Source: a virus
Virus record (IMG/VR): IMGVR_UViG_3300042519_001902
Span: 4,585 to 68,584 of that record
Reading direction: 5' to 3' (one strand)
DNA: 64,000 bases
Shown here: piece after piece, positions 27,086 to 37,333 of the stretch
Numbering within the stretch: position 1 is the stretch's first letter
How the letters are laid out: each line of letters begins with the position of its first letter
The notes under the pieces: model-generated
What the model saw: only the letters and a program-made list of their open reading frames with translations
Databases searched by the model: none
Told to the model about the DNA's origin: nothing
Position numbers and translations under genes: made by a program

Positions 27086-27322
27086 TTAGTTGTTATCACG
27101 GCTCATGAGTTGGATGAGTCGGTGCTTCTGAATCTCAAGCAGAGCGATGGTCTGAGAGATCGTCAGGCCGGAGACGCGCATCTCGGTGGCGAACTTTCCG
27201 TCGCGGTTGAGGTGGATGAGGGTGAGCGATGCGTCCGCATCGATCTCGTCGGCTAAGTTCGCGGCTTCTCGGAGGCAGTCGCCGGGGCTCCAGTCCATCG
27301 GGTTCTTATCTTGCATTTTCAT
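27086..27322 (-). CDS. Hypothetical protein
   Basis: ATGA overlap with the polymerase gene. Confidence 0.55.
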   Translation of the reverse strand: MKMQDKNPMDWSPGDCLREAANLADEIDADASLTLIHLNRDGKFATEMRVSGLTISQTIALLEIQKHRLIQLMSRDNN

Positions 27323-29379
27323 TTTTTGTAGAATGTTGAGGTTTCGGTTTCAGCCGCGAGCGGGAGACCAGGTGCCCACGAAGGAGTCGTGGACATGACC
27401 CGCTCGATGATCTTGGCGTCGAATCCCACGGGAACTTCGCAGATTACTTCGTCGTAGACGTCGAGGACCACGGGGATACCCCGGTCATCCAGCGTGAGCT
27501 GGAATGTACAGAAGATCTGGCGGGCGAATGCTTGGACGGCGTTCTCCAGAATCTTGCCGCCGTAGAAATACTTGAACGGCCCACCGCGCTCGACTTGGGC
27601 TACGATGTTGCCCTCACGAATCTGAGGAGCGAAGTACTTCAGCTCTCTTCCATCCGGGAGTTCGACTGAGTGATAACATCCTGCGGTGGTTGCCGAGTTC
27701 TTCAGTTCTGTATCTAGGTGTCGCCACAGCTTCACCAACGTGTGCTTCTTGGCCTCGCGGAACTGCTCGACCTGCTTCCACGCCTCGATGCGGATGCGCT
27801 GACCCTTGAGGTCGAGGGCTTGGAAGGTCTTCAGGGCCGGGATCTGCTTGGTCGCTTCGAGGTAACCCTCGTAGGTTGCCCGGTCGTCGGCGGTGAATTC
27901 TTTGTCGAAGATCGCGTCGAAGTCTTCGTCGTCGATGTACAGGCGAGCCATCTCGATGAACTTCTGGTGACCCGCTTGGAATCCGAGGGCGAGCTCCCGG
28001 GCCTTCGCCAGCGCGTACTTCTGCGGATCCGACTTCTTGAGCGAGATCGGTTTCCCGTTCGCGTCGAACTTGGGCTTCACCCCCATCAGCGAAATGGCGT
28101 GGGCGTCGTAGACGGAGATGCCCTCCCGGATGAGGGCGAGCGTCTGCTTGTCACCGGCCAACCAGTTCGTGATCCGAGCCTCAATTTGAGCCGCGTCCGC
28201 GATCACGAAGACGTGACCCTCCTCGGGGATGATCTTCGAGCGGAGGTCGACGAGGTGAGCGACGCCCGGCGGGAGGGCTCCCGCGTTGGCCTTACGGTAC
28301 GCGGCGATCTCCTTCATCTCCTTCTTCCGGTGAACGACGGAGAGGTCGCTGCGCAGGTAGAACGGATCTCTCGGCATGTTGAGTAGATTGGCCCCGCCAC
28401 GCTCGCCCCCTTTGTCGGTACCCGAGGTGCGCCCAGTGTGCGTGCCGAGGTAGCTGACGGAGAATTCAAAGCGTCCGTCATCTTTGATCCGGTCGTAGAT
28501 CGTCTGGTACTTCTTGAGAATCGCGTTCATGCGACGGTAGTCGCGCATGGCTCCGACGAACGGGAACCGCTCACCGAACTCGTCTTCCCAGACGTGGACA
28601 TCGGCATCGGCCATCGAGAGCGACTCCGGTACGCGGATACCGTGTTTGCGGCATTCCTTGGTACAGGCGCTCATGGAGAGCGGCTTCTCGTCTGGGTCGC
28701 TGTGCCACGGGATGCGGATGAGGGCAGAGTGGACGGCCTTTTCGAGGATGTTGATGTCTCGGTCCATCCCAGCGCGATCAGCGCGCAGGCCGCGCAAACC
28801 GCGATTGTCGATCAGGTCGGAGATGCGAATCTCATTCTGCGGCCAGCTCGCGATATTATCCATCCAGATGCGGAGGGTGAGGGAACAGTCATCGATGACG
28901 TACTGGTCCACGCGGGCTTGCAGCTCGGCTCCGTACTCTTCCCACGACCGGCTCTTCATGTCCTTGTCGCGGATGTCCTTCTTGTGAACGACGTGGTAGA
29001 GCTCAGCTACGGCCTTTGCCAACGACCGAGGGACGCGAATCCAAGCGCACAGGTTGGCGCTGTTACCCCAGTAGGGTGGGTGCCAAGCGGGAACGAGTCC
29101 CTTATCTTGGAGGCTAGAGTGGACGGACCAGTCGAACGGACGGTTGTGGGAGACCCAGACGTGGTTCTTGATTTGATCCCAAGGCGCGTCCTCTGGGAAG
29201 CCCTTCCATTGGAAGCCGTCGTTGGTGACGATACCCACGCGGTAGGCGCGAAATTTTGGATGATGGCAGTAGTGCCAGTAGCTCATCTTCGCCACGGAGT
29301 ACTCGGCATCGTAGTACGTCTCGTAATCTACGACTGCGACGAGCTCGGTCAGAGACGGCAGGGTGTAAGGTGGTTTCAT
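27319..29379 (-). CDS. Family A DNA polymerase with 3'-5' exonuclease
   Basis: ExoI DYETY, ExoII HN..FD, HTGR.SG, motif A D.AQIEAR, motif B K..EL.LGF..G, ENAVQ, motif C VYDE. Confidence 0.93.
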   Translation of the reverse strand: MKPPYTLPSLTELVAVVDYETYYDAEYSVAKMSYWHYCHHPKFRAYRVGIVTNDGFQWKGFPEDAPWDQIKNHVWVSHNRPFDWSVHSSLQDKGLVPAWHPPYWGNSANLCAWIRVPRSLAKAVAELYHVVHKKDIRDKDMKSRSWEEYGAELQARVDQYVIDDCSLTLRIWMDNIASWPQNEIRISDLIDNRGLRGLRADRAGMDRDINILEKAVHSALIRIPWHSDPDEKPLSMSACTKECRKHGIRVPESLSMADADVHVWEDEFGERFPFVGAMRDYRRMNAILKKYQTIYDRIKDDGRFEFSVSYLGTHTGRTSGTDKGGERGGANLLNMPRDPFYLRSDLSVVHRKKEMKEIAAYRKANAGALPPGVAHLVDLRSKIIPEEGHVFVIADAAQIEARITNWLAGDKQTLALIREGISVYDAHAISLMGVKPKFDANGKPISLKKSDPQKYALAKARELALGFQAGHQKFIEMARLYIDDEDFDAIFDKEFTADDRATYEGYLEATKQIPALKTFQALDLKGQRIRIEAWKQVEQFREAKKHTLVKLWRHLDTELKNSATTAGCYHSVELPDGRELKYFAPQIREGNIVAQVERGGPFKYFYGGKILENAVQAFARQIFCTFQLTLDDRGIPVVLDVYDEVICEVPVGFDAKIIERVMSTTPSWAPGLPLAAETETSTFYKK

Positions 29380-29483
29380 GATGGGTGGAAAAGAAGGTGG
29401 CTTTTGATATCCCGGAGCCACCGAACCGGGCTTTTCCTCATGTTGTCATCCGAACCCATCGGATAACAAAGTTAACAAACAGC

Positions 29484-30206
29484 TCAGAGGCTGTGGATTT
29501 CGGCTGCGGCCTCCTGGGTGTGCCGCCCGATCAGACGAACTTTCGGCACCCAGACCATGTTGACGCCGAATTTCTCGCGGGAGGCGCAGACCTCGAAGAT
29601 CCCGTGGTGCATACCCTCACGCAGATTGTACGACGCCGCCGTGATGAACGACTGAGCCGCCGAGTAGGAGGTGCCTTTGAGGGTCAGGCGCGCCGCCGTG
29701 CCAGGCTCGCCCGCGATGGTAGCCCAAGCGGGGTTCTTCTCTTTGGTGCCACGGATGTAGACTTCGCAGTCAACGACCCGCTCGAAGATGCCGGCACCGG
29801 GGATCTTGTCCCACGACATGGCGAGGCCAGCCGCACGGGCTTCTTTCTCGGTGTCGAAACGACGCGGGAGGGTCTCGCTACCGTACGGCAGCTTCTCTTG
29901 GAAGTATTTCCGCATCCGGCGAACGGTGACGCGGATCGGGTTGTTCTGGTCCCCGATGACTTCCTCCTTGTTGTAGATGAACTGACCGGGGGTGAACTTC
30001 GTCGAGAGCGGTCCGACCGCTTGGCAAAGGTTCAGGGATGGGATGCGGATATCGCTGCGATCAAAGTCGCCGACCATGTCTTCGTTATTGAAGAAACGGT
30101 CATCGACGGTGACGAGGGCTTCGGCTTCGGGGCTGACGGTGGCGACGGCGGTAACGAGGGTTTCCGCGTACTCTTTCTGGATGGTGTCTTTCAGTGATGT
30201 TTTCAT
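29484..30206 (-). CDS. Probable single-stranded DNA-binding protein
   Basis: DI.IP.L.L.Q...PG.F motif; position between nuclease and polymerase. Confidence 0.55.
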   Translation of the reverse strand: MKTSLKDTIQKEYAETLVTAVATVSPEAEALVTVDDRFFNNEDMVGDFDRSDIRIPSLNLCQAVGPLSTKFTPGQFIYNKEEVIGDQNNPIRVTVRRMRKYFQEKLPYGSETLPRRFDTEKEARAAGLAMSWDKIPGAGIFERVVDCEVYIRGTKEKNPAWATIAGEPGTAARLTLKGTSYSAAQSFITAASYNLREGMHHGIFEVCASREKFGVNMVWVPKVRLIGRHTQEAAAEIHSL

Positions 30207-30257
30207 GATGTTGGGATGTCTGTTGGTTTAAGTTGTTATAAAATAACAACCAAAAGT

Positions 30258-31385
30258 TTACTCTTTGACGCGGCGCAGGTAGCGGGACGAATTGCCCTGC
30301 GTTAGGGCGTCGGCGTCGTGAAGTTCTTCCTCCACTTGGCCGATCAGTTTACTCTTCCCGCCCCTCGGGGCGGAGGAGCCGATCAGGGAGAGTGCCTTGC
30401 TCAGCGACAGCTCGGAGACCGACAGGAGCGCCCGGTCGTCGAGGTACTTTGAGAGGACGGGGAGAGCGAGACCGAGGTCTTTGACTTTACGCGCACCCTC
30501 GCGCTCGGCGATTTCGTAGAGGATCTTGCCGTTCTCGTCGTGGAGACCGCTGCCCGTGGAGAGCGCCATGTCGAGCGCGTGCTTCTTCACCGATTCCACG
30601 AACTTCTCCATGACCTTGGCGGCGTCGAAGAGACGAGCCATCTGCCCGGGCGAGGTGATGACCGAAGAGTGGACCTCCTCCATGATTTCGAGTGGGGCGT
30701 ACTTCTTCGCGACCCCGAGAGCGAACTCGGTGACCTTGGGGCAGGTGACCTTACGCCCGCAGTACAGGCACCCCTGCGTCGTGGGTTTCAACATCGTGTG
30801 ATCGAGGGACGTGTTGTAGTGCATCGCTCGCTCGATCACGGTGCGCACCGCGAGAGCGAGGCGGTCGTAGTCCCCCCGCGAGAAGCTGCACACGTCCGCC
30901 TCATCGCGTCGCGGCAGGAGAAAATGCACGTCTGCGGTCTCGGCTTCTGGGTAGAGGTCGAACGCACCGAGGAGGTACGAGTACCCCTGAAGGTTCTTCT
31001 CTGCCGGATCGACCGAGTGACGCCCGAACTTAAAGTCGACGACGTCGAGGTGCTTCTTGCCCTTCTTCACGCGGTAGATCACGCGATCCGACGTCCCGAA
31101 GCTCAGTCCACCGAGGATGCTGAGGCGGACCTCTTTCAAAACAGCGGTGGCTCCTTTTTCGAGCGGGGCGACGTACTCGATGCAGGTGAGCACTGCGTCC
31201 TTCTGCTCGTCGGTCAGGCCGGTGACGTCGCCCGTCTCCGTGCGTTTGTGCAGCATCTCGCCTTCGTCGGCGGCGGTGGTGTCACTTGTCTTATCGTTGA
31301 CCCATCCGGGGCAGATGGCGCGGTCTTTGAGGCTGCTTGGTCCGTACGAGTGATGGGCTTCTGCTTTATGTGGAGTGGAGTTCAT
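30258..31385 (-). CDS. Cas4-like PD-(D/E)XK exonuclease (DUF2800-like)
   Basis: PSS....CPG, G..LH, FGTSD, VVDFKFG, N.Q..Y, C.YC....CP. Confidence 0.85.
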   Translation of the reverse strand: MNSTPHKAEAHHSYGPSSLKDRAICPGWVNDKTSDTTAADEGEMLHKRTETGDVTGLTDEQKDAVLTCIEYVAPLEKGATAVLKEVRLSILGGLSFGTSDRVIYRVKKGKKHLDVVDFKFGRHSVDPAEKNLQGYSYLLGAFDLYPEAETADVHFLLPRRDEADVCSFSRGDYDRLALAVRTVIERAMHYNTSLDHTMLKPTTQGCLYCGRKVTCPKVTEFALGVAKKYAPLEIMEEVHSSVITSPGQMARLFDAAKVMEKFVESVKKHALDMALSTGSGLHDENGKILYEIAEREGARKVKDLGLALPVLSKYLDDRALLSVSELSLSKALSLIGSSAPRGGKSKLIGQVEEELHDADALTQGNSSRYLRRVKE

Positions 31386-31404
31386 TATTTTGTATTAAGA
31401 AAAG

Positions 31405-32772
31405 TTATTCGATCACAACATCGCTGTCCAAAAGGGCGTCAATGTTTTGCACGCGGTTTTGCACGCGCTGCATGACCTGCTCTTCAACCGTGTCGGCGGC
31501 GAAGATGAGCTTCTGGGTTGAGTGTCCGCCGCCGAGACGGTGAGTGCGACCGAGCACCTGCTTGAGGTCGATGGCGGAGTACGGCGGCGAGATCAGGGCG
31601 ACCCGAGGCACCTGCGTCACGGGGTCGTGGAGGGATAGCCCCGCGCCGCCCGCCCGGATATTCACGATCACGTAGGGTGCGGTGTTGTTTTGAAATGCCG
31701 TCACGACGTGGTGCCGGTCAAAATTGTTGAGCGACTTGCCTGAACCGTCGCCTCGGATGATGTGTTTGCAATCGAGGTACTCGCTCAGGATCTCGATGGT
31801 GGCGTCGAAATTGACGAAGATGGCGACTTGCTCACCGCGATCCGAGTGCATTTGAGCGATCTCGGCGATGGCGCGGGCTTTGAGTACCTCGGCTTCCTGC
31901 CGGCTGCGCATGATCTTGGTGATGGGCAGGACGTCTACCATGTCGTGGAACTCAGGATCGACGTCTTGGACGGCCTTGGCGTGATCAAGCTCACGTTGAG
32001 CCGCGATGACTTCTTGGTAGAGTCGGGTGATCTCATCGGCGTGCCCGGTGTCCACGGCCTCGCACAGGAGAAGCGAATCGGGGAACCCGGGGATGTCTTC
32101 GCGGCGGGTGCGCACGCCCCTCTTCGGGAAAACCTCATCTCTGATCTTCTCCATGGCCTCCTGCCCGAGTTTGGCTCGCGTACCGGGCTCCTCGTTGCGG
32201 TGGTCCTTTTGGTCACCGACGAATTCCATGTGACCTAGGAAATTTTTGCGGCACCCGTGAGCGAACAGCCACCGGTAGTACCCACTGTCGTTAAACAGGC
32301 CGAGAATTAACCCGATGGTGCGAGCCTCCAAGGGGGTTTGAAACGGTGTCGCCGAGAGCAGCAGGGTTTTGTACTTCCGGTGAGCGGTGGTAGCCAACTT
32401 CGAGGTGATCGAGGACGCCCCACGCAGGGCTTGAGCTTCGTCGAAAATGAAGATCACTCGCGGCTCGGTAATCGTCCACTCGTAGCTTTTCTCGGTACGG
32501 TGCCCAAAGCTGAAGTTCTTGGAGCGGCACTGCTCGTAGTTCGTAATGAACAACGGGGTGACTCCAGCGACCTCACAGGCAGACCTCCACGACGGGATGA
32601 TGGCTTTGCGCGTAACAATCGCGGGGACTGCCCCGATTGCTTTGCACAGGCCAAGAGCCGTGAAGGTCTTGCCGGTCCCAGTATCGCTGCCGTCGATGGC
32701 TCCTCCGTTGTTGCGGAGAGCCTCAACCAGCCGAGCGATGTTGGCGACTTGGTGGTCTCGTAACGTCAGCAC
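31405..32772 (-). CDS. SF2 (SNF2-like) helicase
   Basis: LRDHQ, TGTGKT, DEAQ, LSATP, GGAGLSL, Q.LGR.HR. Confidence 0.92.
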   Translation of the reverse strand: MLTLRDHQVANIARLVEALRNNGGAIDGSDTGTGKTFTALGLCKAIGAVPAIVTRKAIIPSWRSACEVAGVTPLFITNYEQCRSKNFSFGHRTEKSYEWTITEPRVIFIFDEAQALRGASSITSKLATTAHRKYKTLLLSATPFQTPLEARTIGLILGLFNDSGYYRWLFAHGCRKNFLGHMEFVGDQKDHRNEEPGTRAKLGQEAMEKIRDEVFPKRGVRTRREDIPGFPDSLLLCEAVDTGHADEITRLYQEVIAAQRELDHAKAVQDVDPEFHDMVDVLPITKIMRSRQEAEVLKARAIAEIAQMHSDRGEQVAIFVNFDATIEILSEYLDCKHIIRGDGSGKSLNNFDRHHVVTAFQNNTAPYVIVNIRAGGAGLSLHDPVTQVPRVALISPPYSAIDLKQVLGRTHRLGGGHSTQKLIFAADTVEEQVMQRVQNRVQNIDALLDSDVVIE

Positions 32773-32775
32773 GAC

Positions 32776-32940
32776 TTATTCGGCTGAGTTCTGAAGGTGT
32801 TTCTTGACCAAGTCATTCAAGACCCAGTTTACGGAGCGATCCAATTCGGCGGCTCGGGCTTTAACGTGGTTGAGTACGTCTTTGTGGAAACTGACGCTGC
32901 GGGTGATCCGCTTAACACGGGAGACGGGTTTCTTTTTCAT
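32776..32940 (-). CDS. Arc-like ribbon-helix-helix regulator
   Basis: Translated by hand: MKKKPVSRVKRITRSVSFHKDVLNHVKARAAELDRSVNWVLNDLVKKHL. Confidence 0.75.
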   Translation of the reverse strand: MKKKPVSRVKRITRSVSFHKDVLNHVKARAAELDRSVNWVLNDLVKKHLQNSAE

Positions 32941-33376
32941 TTCTGGTGGGTGTTTTTCTGGTGGGTGCTACGTCATCGGGTTTGTCCCGGTGATGTCTTA
33001 TGACTGTGCATAAATTGTTAGTTAGTACCAGCTTTATCACTTAAATAGTTGCGGAATGTTACTAATTAACTAGACCTAGTTTGTCGCGAAGACGCGACAT
33101 GACTGCGTTTACGAGGGGGAGAAGGGGTTTAAGTAGGCGGGGGTGCGACTAGTTGTTATCAGTAAAATTAACGGGGGGTATTACTGACTGACGTGAAACT
33201 CTCCGATGACTTTTTATAAAAAGCGCGCACGTTCTATCCCCTATGAAAAAATAAAGATGCGGTTAGCGTCGTTTAGATGCCAATAGACGCTAATGGGCAC
33301 GGGTTCGACGATTGTTGCCTCTAAACAACTTGATCCCGACCCGGCTCGGTGAGGGTTTGGGGTGGTGAAAACTCGC

Positions 33377-33568
33377 ATGAAGAACAACACGACCCGGATT
33401 ACCGTGACCGTCACCAAGGCGTTGCGCAAAAGGATGGAGGAGTGCATGGCTTTTCGGGGGCACCGCATCGTCTCTGAATTCATTGCGGTGTCTATCGCCG
33501 GGCGCTGCTGCGAGATCGAGACGGCTCGGCTGAATGCCCAAAAAGCCCCCGGACTCAGCTCCCTCTAA
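33377..33568 (+). CDS. Ribbon-helix-helix regulator
   Basis: TRITVTV.K.L.K.ME......VSEFI. Confidence 0.65.
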   Translation: MKNNTTRITVTVTKALRKRMEECMAFRGHRIVSEFIAVSIAGRCCEIETARLNAQKAPGLSSL

Positions 33569-33698
33569 AATAAACTCCGTCTTGTTGTGTGAAAAAAAGT
33601 GTTGCTTGTTGTTACTTCTCCCACAGAGTGCAACAAAACGGTGACCTCTCAGTGCGAAGTTACCCCAGTGAAACACAGCCCAGAACAACCGCAGACAA

Positions 33699-33716
33699 CA
33701 CACACACACACACACA
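33699..33716 (+). repeat. (CA)9 microsatellite abutting a start codon
   Basis: The last A of the tract is the A of ATG at 33716. Confidence 0.85.
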
Positions 33717-33937
33717 TGAGCAGAAACGTAATTGCCCGGTCCATATCATTCGATCCCCAGATATTCACCAAGATGGAAGAACGCCGCGCCCGGTTGCTGA
33801 TGCAGCGGAGCGAGTACATCTCCCGCTGTATCCTCGCCGACATGCGAAGCGGCGGGAATATGGCGATCCACGAGGACGGGGGTGTTCTGATCCCCGCCAA
33901 ACCGAAGAAGGTAGCGAAGAAGAAAGTAGACAAGTAA
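33716..33937 (+). CDS. Ribbon-helix-helix regulator
   Basis: ARSISFDP.I..KME.R...L...RSEYI..CI; basic tail. Confidence 0.7.
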   Translation: MSRNVIARSISFDPQIFTKMEERRARLLMQRSEYISRCILADMRSGGNMAIHEDGGVLIPAKPKKVAKKKVDK

Positions 33938-33968
33938 CAACCGGTAACATAAGGTGCTGCTCCCACAC

Positions 33969-34700
33969 ATGGAGCAGCCACGACCGAACTTTCCGCCCAC
34001 CCCGGAAGAAATCAGCTTTCTCGACGCCGCATTGGAACGGACCAACGGCGTCAGGGCACATGCCGCCCTCGCCCTAGGCTGGGATCCGCAAAAGGTCCAC
34101 AACATCATCGGCACCAACGCCCATCTGAGGGCCAAGTGGCTGAACAAAAATGCCGAGGCGGTGGCACCCGGTCTCGACACGGACCTGCACCGTCCTCCCG
34201 CGCTGGAGCCGTTCAGCCCCGGGGAGAAGAAGGTCGTCGACGCCCTCAATCGGGAAGACGCCTCCCTGCAAAAGGGTTGGAAGCGGCTAAATTTTAAACC
34301 CGAGGAGCGCAAGTTTCTCGCGGGACTCCAGGCCAGCTACGCTGGGAACCTGAAGAGCACGATGGACCTCGCCTACGGCGGGGCCGCTCACGCCAACACC
34401 CGGCTGCTCCTCGCGCTCGAAGACATTAAAGAGAAGCTGGAGGACATCAAAGCCAACCCTGACAACTACCGCCGGTCGTTTATGACCGAGCACGGTGAGC
34501 GGGAATCCAAGGGACCGGACGAATACTACGCCGAGTACTACAAGCTTTTCGTGCAGGTATCCGCCGAGCTGCGCAAAATGGGGGACAGTGTGACCAAAGC
34601 GAACGAACTCCGGCTTCGGATGGAGAAACTCCGCATGACGCACATGACCAAGGTCCGCTCTGAAGCGGGCTGGGATACCGCGAAGGCGCTGGAAGTCTGA
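33969..34700 (+). CDS. Putative terminase small subunit (Fis-like HTH)
   Basis: AL.RT.G....AA.ALG HTH; coupled to the terminase large subunit. Confidence 0.55.
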   Translation: MEQPRPNFPPTPEEISFLDAALERTNGVRAHAALALGWDPQKVHNIIGTNAHLRAKWLNKNAEAVAPGLDTDLHRPPALEPFSPGEKKVVDALNREDASLQKGWKRLNFKPEERKFLAGLQASYAGNLKSTMDLAYGGAAHANTRLLLALEDIKEKLEDIKANPDNYRRSFMTEHGERESKGPDEYYAEYYKLFVQVSAELRKMGDSVTKANELRLRMEKLRMTHMTKVRSEAGWDTAKALEV

Positions 34701-36271
34701 TGGACGAAGACATCGACGACCTGCCGGCGCTTGACCCGATCTCGGACGCCGAGCTCGCCGAGATCTGCATCAACGTCGGTGGGCCGGTGCCCGCGCATGC
34801 CGTGATCGAACCCAAGAAGTGGCTTCCGGGTCTGTCTGCCCGCCAATTTGAGGTCTTTTTCGACCGGAGTCCCAACCTTCTCCTTCAGTCGAGTCGGTTC
34901 ACCGGCAAGACGTGGGCGACTGGGTACACGGCGGTGAAGCACGCCTTCGATTTTCACAATGCCCTTGTCCTGATCGTCGCCAAAACGAAGCGCCAACTTC
35001 TGACCGGCGGTCTGATGAGCAAGTTGGGCAGTGAGATCCTCGCCGATTTCAAAAGCAACATCACCGACTTTCAGTGGGAGGGGCCAAAGCTGACGGTCGA
35101 GAAGGACGTGATCTTCCGCGTGAAGAATCGGTTCGGTTCGTGGTCGATCATCCAGATGATGTCCATCGGCAACGACAACGACCTCACCCGCAAAATCAAG
35201 GGGTTGGAAGCTAGCCTGGTCATCGTCGATGAAATCACGCTGTACGACACCCCCGAGATTTACCGCCACCTCTCTGCTGTGCTCGGTCGTCGCAACCACA
35301 TCCCGTCAACGGAACAGCGATTCATCGGTACCTGTAACCCGGACGGCCCTTCGCATTGGGTCGCCAAGACATGGAGTATCATGGACGAGGCCAGCCGAGA
35401 CCCCTCTTGCCGAGTCATCCGCTTTCTACCCGAGGACAACCCCGATCCGAAGGTCGCCGCCTACTACGAGCGCCTCCGGCAGTCTCTCCGCACCCACCGC
35501 ACCCAGTACCAACGCGACATCGAGGGGCTCTGGGTCGACCTTCCCCAGGGTGAAGCCATTTTTAAGGAGCATTTCGTCCGAGACTTCCATGTGCGGGGCG
35601 ATCTCCGCACGGGTGAACTGCTTCAGCCCCAGCCAGGACACACGATCTCAATCGGCTGGGATCCGGGCGACGTAAACCACGGTATTGTCTTCATGCAGGA
35701 GGTGCCGACCACGGACCGGATCGTCTGGCTCATCTTCGACGAGGTAGTCTTCGTCGATAAGAAGGTGAATTTGGAGCAGCTTACCCGAGAAGTCCTGTCT
35801 CGGATGCAGCACTGGGCGGAGTACCTCGATGAGGAGCCGGTCTACCACCATATCTCCGACCGATCTGCCTTTGACCGCTACCGCGCCCAGTCGGGCAGCT
35901 ACGATTTCATGGAGATCGAGCGCCACGCCCGGGATAACCTGTCGAAGTACTCCAAAATTAAGCGGCCTGTGAAGGTATTGGAGTGCCCGAAGCCCGCCGG
36001 CAGCGTGGAGTCCCGCACCCGGATCGTCATGGACCTGCTGGGCAGCGAATCGCTCTTTATCTCGGCCAAGTGCGTGAAGGTCATCGAGTCGCTGGAGCGC
36101 ATTACGTCCAAGAAAGACAACCCGTTCGCTCCCGATACGCATTCTCCGTACAAACACGCCTTCGATGCCCTGACTTACCCGCTGTTTTACTACCGCGTGG
36201 GAGGTTCCGGTGCCGTCACTCACGCTTCCGATGAGAGCCTCAAGCCGCAGCTACTGCGCGTAGGCTCTTGA
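34700..36271 (+). CDS. terL: Terminase large subunit
   Basis: RFTGKT, VIVDE, TCNP...HWV, IGWDPG, HAFDAL.Y. Confidence 0.92.
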   Translation: MDEDIDDLPALDPISDAELAEICINVGGPVPAHAVIEPKKWLPGLSARQFEVFFDRSPNLLLQSSRFTGKTWATGYTAVKHAFDFHNALVLIVAKTKRQLLTGGLMSKLGSEILADFKSNITDFQWEGPKLTVEKDVIFRVKNRFGSWSIIQMMSIGNDNDLTRKIKGLEASLVIVDEITLYDTPEIYRHLSAVLGRRNHIPSTEQRFIGTCNPDGPSHWVAKTWSIMDEASRDPSCRVIRFLPEDNPDPKVAAYYERLRQSLRTHRTQYQRDIEGLWVDLPQGEAIFKEHFVRDFHVRGDLRTGELLQPQPGHTISIGWDPGDVNHGIVFMQEVPTTDRIVWLIFDEVVFVDKKVNLEQLTREVLSRMQHWAEYLDEEPVYHHISDRSAFDRYRAQSGSYDFMEIERHARDNLSKYSKIKRPVKVLECPKPAGSVESRTRIVMDLLGSESLFISAKCVKVIESLERITSKKDNPFAPDTHSPYKHAFDALTYPLFYYRVGGSGAVTHASDESLKPQLLRVGS

Positions 36272-36305
36272 CGCCTACGTTAATAACAGATAACAACGCC
36301 ACACC

Positions 36306-36686
36306 ATGAAACTACCACGTTCCTCCGTCGCAGCACTCTTTGCTGCCCATAAAGCGGTCCAAGGTGACCTCGAACCGAAGACCCGTTACACGATTGCCAA
36401 GAATTTGATTCACCTGGCCCGCGCTCATAAGGAAGTTGAGAAGTTCCGCGTCGATCTGGTGAAGAAACTCGCTCCGACCACGCTGGAGGTGAAGCCGGAC
36501 TCACCGGAGTGGGAGCTGTTCACGGGTGAGTTCTACGCCTTCTTGGAAGCCGAGACCGAAATCTCACTTCAGAGCTTTCCCTTCGATGGTTTGAACGTCG
36601 AAAAGAACAACACCCCAGTCACGGCAGTCGCCGCGCTTGAGCCTCTTCTCCTGCTCGATCAGCCGGCTGAAATTGTTACTGGTTGA
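36306..36686 (+). CDS. Hypothetical protein (paralog of 51521-51919)
   Basis: Shared AKNL..L....E.F and GLN..KN motifs. Confidence 0.65.
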   Translation: MKLPRSSVAALFAAHKAVQGDLEPKTRYTIAKNLIHLARAHKEVEKFRVDLVKKLAPTTLEVKPDSPEWELFTGEFYAFLEAETEISLQSFPFDGLNVEKNNTPVTAVAALEPLLLLDQPAEIVTG

Positions 36687-36719
36687 CATTCCATAACACC
36701 TCAGCAACTACCGATCATC

Positions 36720-37031
36720 ATGGATTCTAAATCTGACTGCCTCGTTCTGAATTACAAAGACAACCCTGACCTCAAAGCGGCGCTCGGCGACACGGAGCCA
36801 GGCGATACCGTGACCCTTCAACTGACCTGCACGGTTCGGTCCAACGACGACGAAGCCTTCGACGGAATGATCGACGAGATCGAAGTCGACGGGGCCGAGG
36901 ATGCCGATGGTGCCGACGACGAGGACAGTGGGTACGGCGACAAAAAGAAGAGCGACAAAGATTCGTCCGACATGGACTCGGCTGAGCCCGCTCTCATCAT
37001 CGTCACGGCGCGCAACAAGATGAAGAAGTGA
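36720..37031 (+). CDS. Acidic hypothetical protein
   Basis: PGDTV.L.L...V beta-strand pattern; Asp-rich. Confidence 0.6.
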   Translation: MDSKSDCLVLNYKDNPDLKAALGDTEPGDTVTLQLTCTVRSNDDEAFDGMIDEIEVDGAEDADGADDEDSGYGDKKKSDKDSSDMDSAEPALIIVTARNKMKK

Positions 37032-37333
37032 GCGATGATCCGCGATCTTCTGCAAAATATCGCATGCTGGTGCTCCACTATGAGCGCCAAGCTGAAGCCC
37101 TTCATTGGAATGCTGCCCGCTACCGACGACTCGCGTCGGCCTTGCAGCTCACCGCCTACGAGCTCGGCGCGTTCGTGCGTCTGCGCATCTACGAAACGGA
37201 AAAGTACCTCACGAAAAACGCGTTCCCGCCGACCATAGAGCTGCACCTGACGCTCATCGAGCACTCCATTTTTCCAACCAGCAAGCCGCCGATCTTTCCT
37301 GACCTCCCATGCTCATCGACTTCGACGTCCTGA
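37028..37333 (+). CDS. Hypothetical protein (possible HTH)
   Basis: GTGA overlap; RLA.AL.LT.YELGA. Confidence 0.55.
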   Translation: MSDDPRSSAKYRMLVLHYERQAEALHWNAARYRRLASALQLTAYELGAFVRLRIYETEKYLTKNAFPPTIELHLTLIEHSIFPTSKPPIFPDLPCSSTSTS

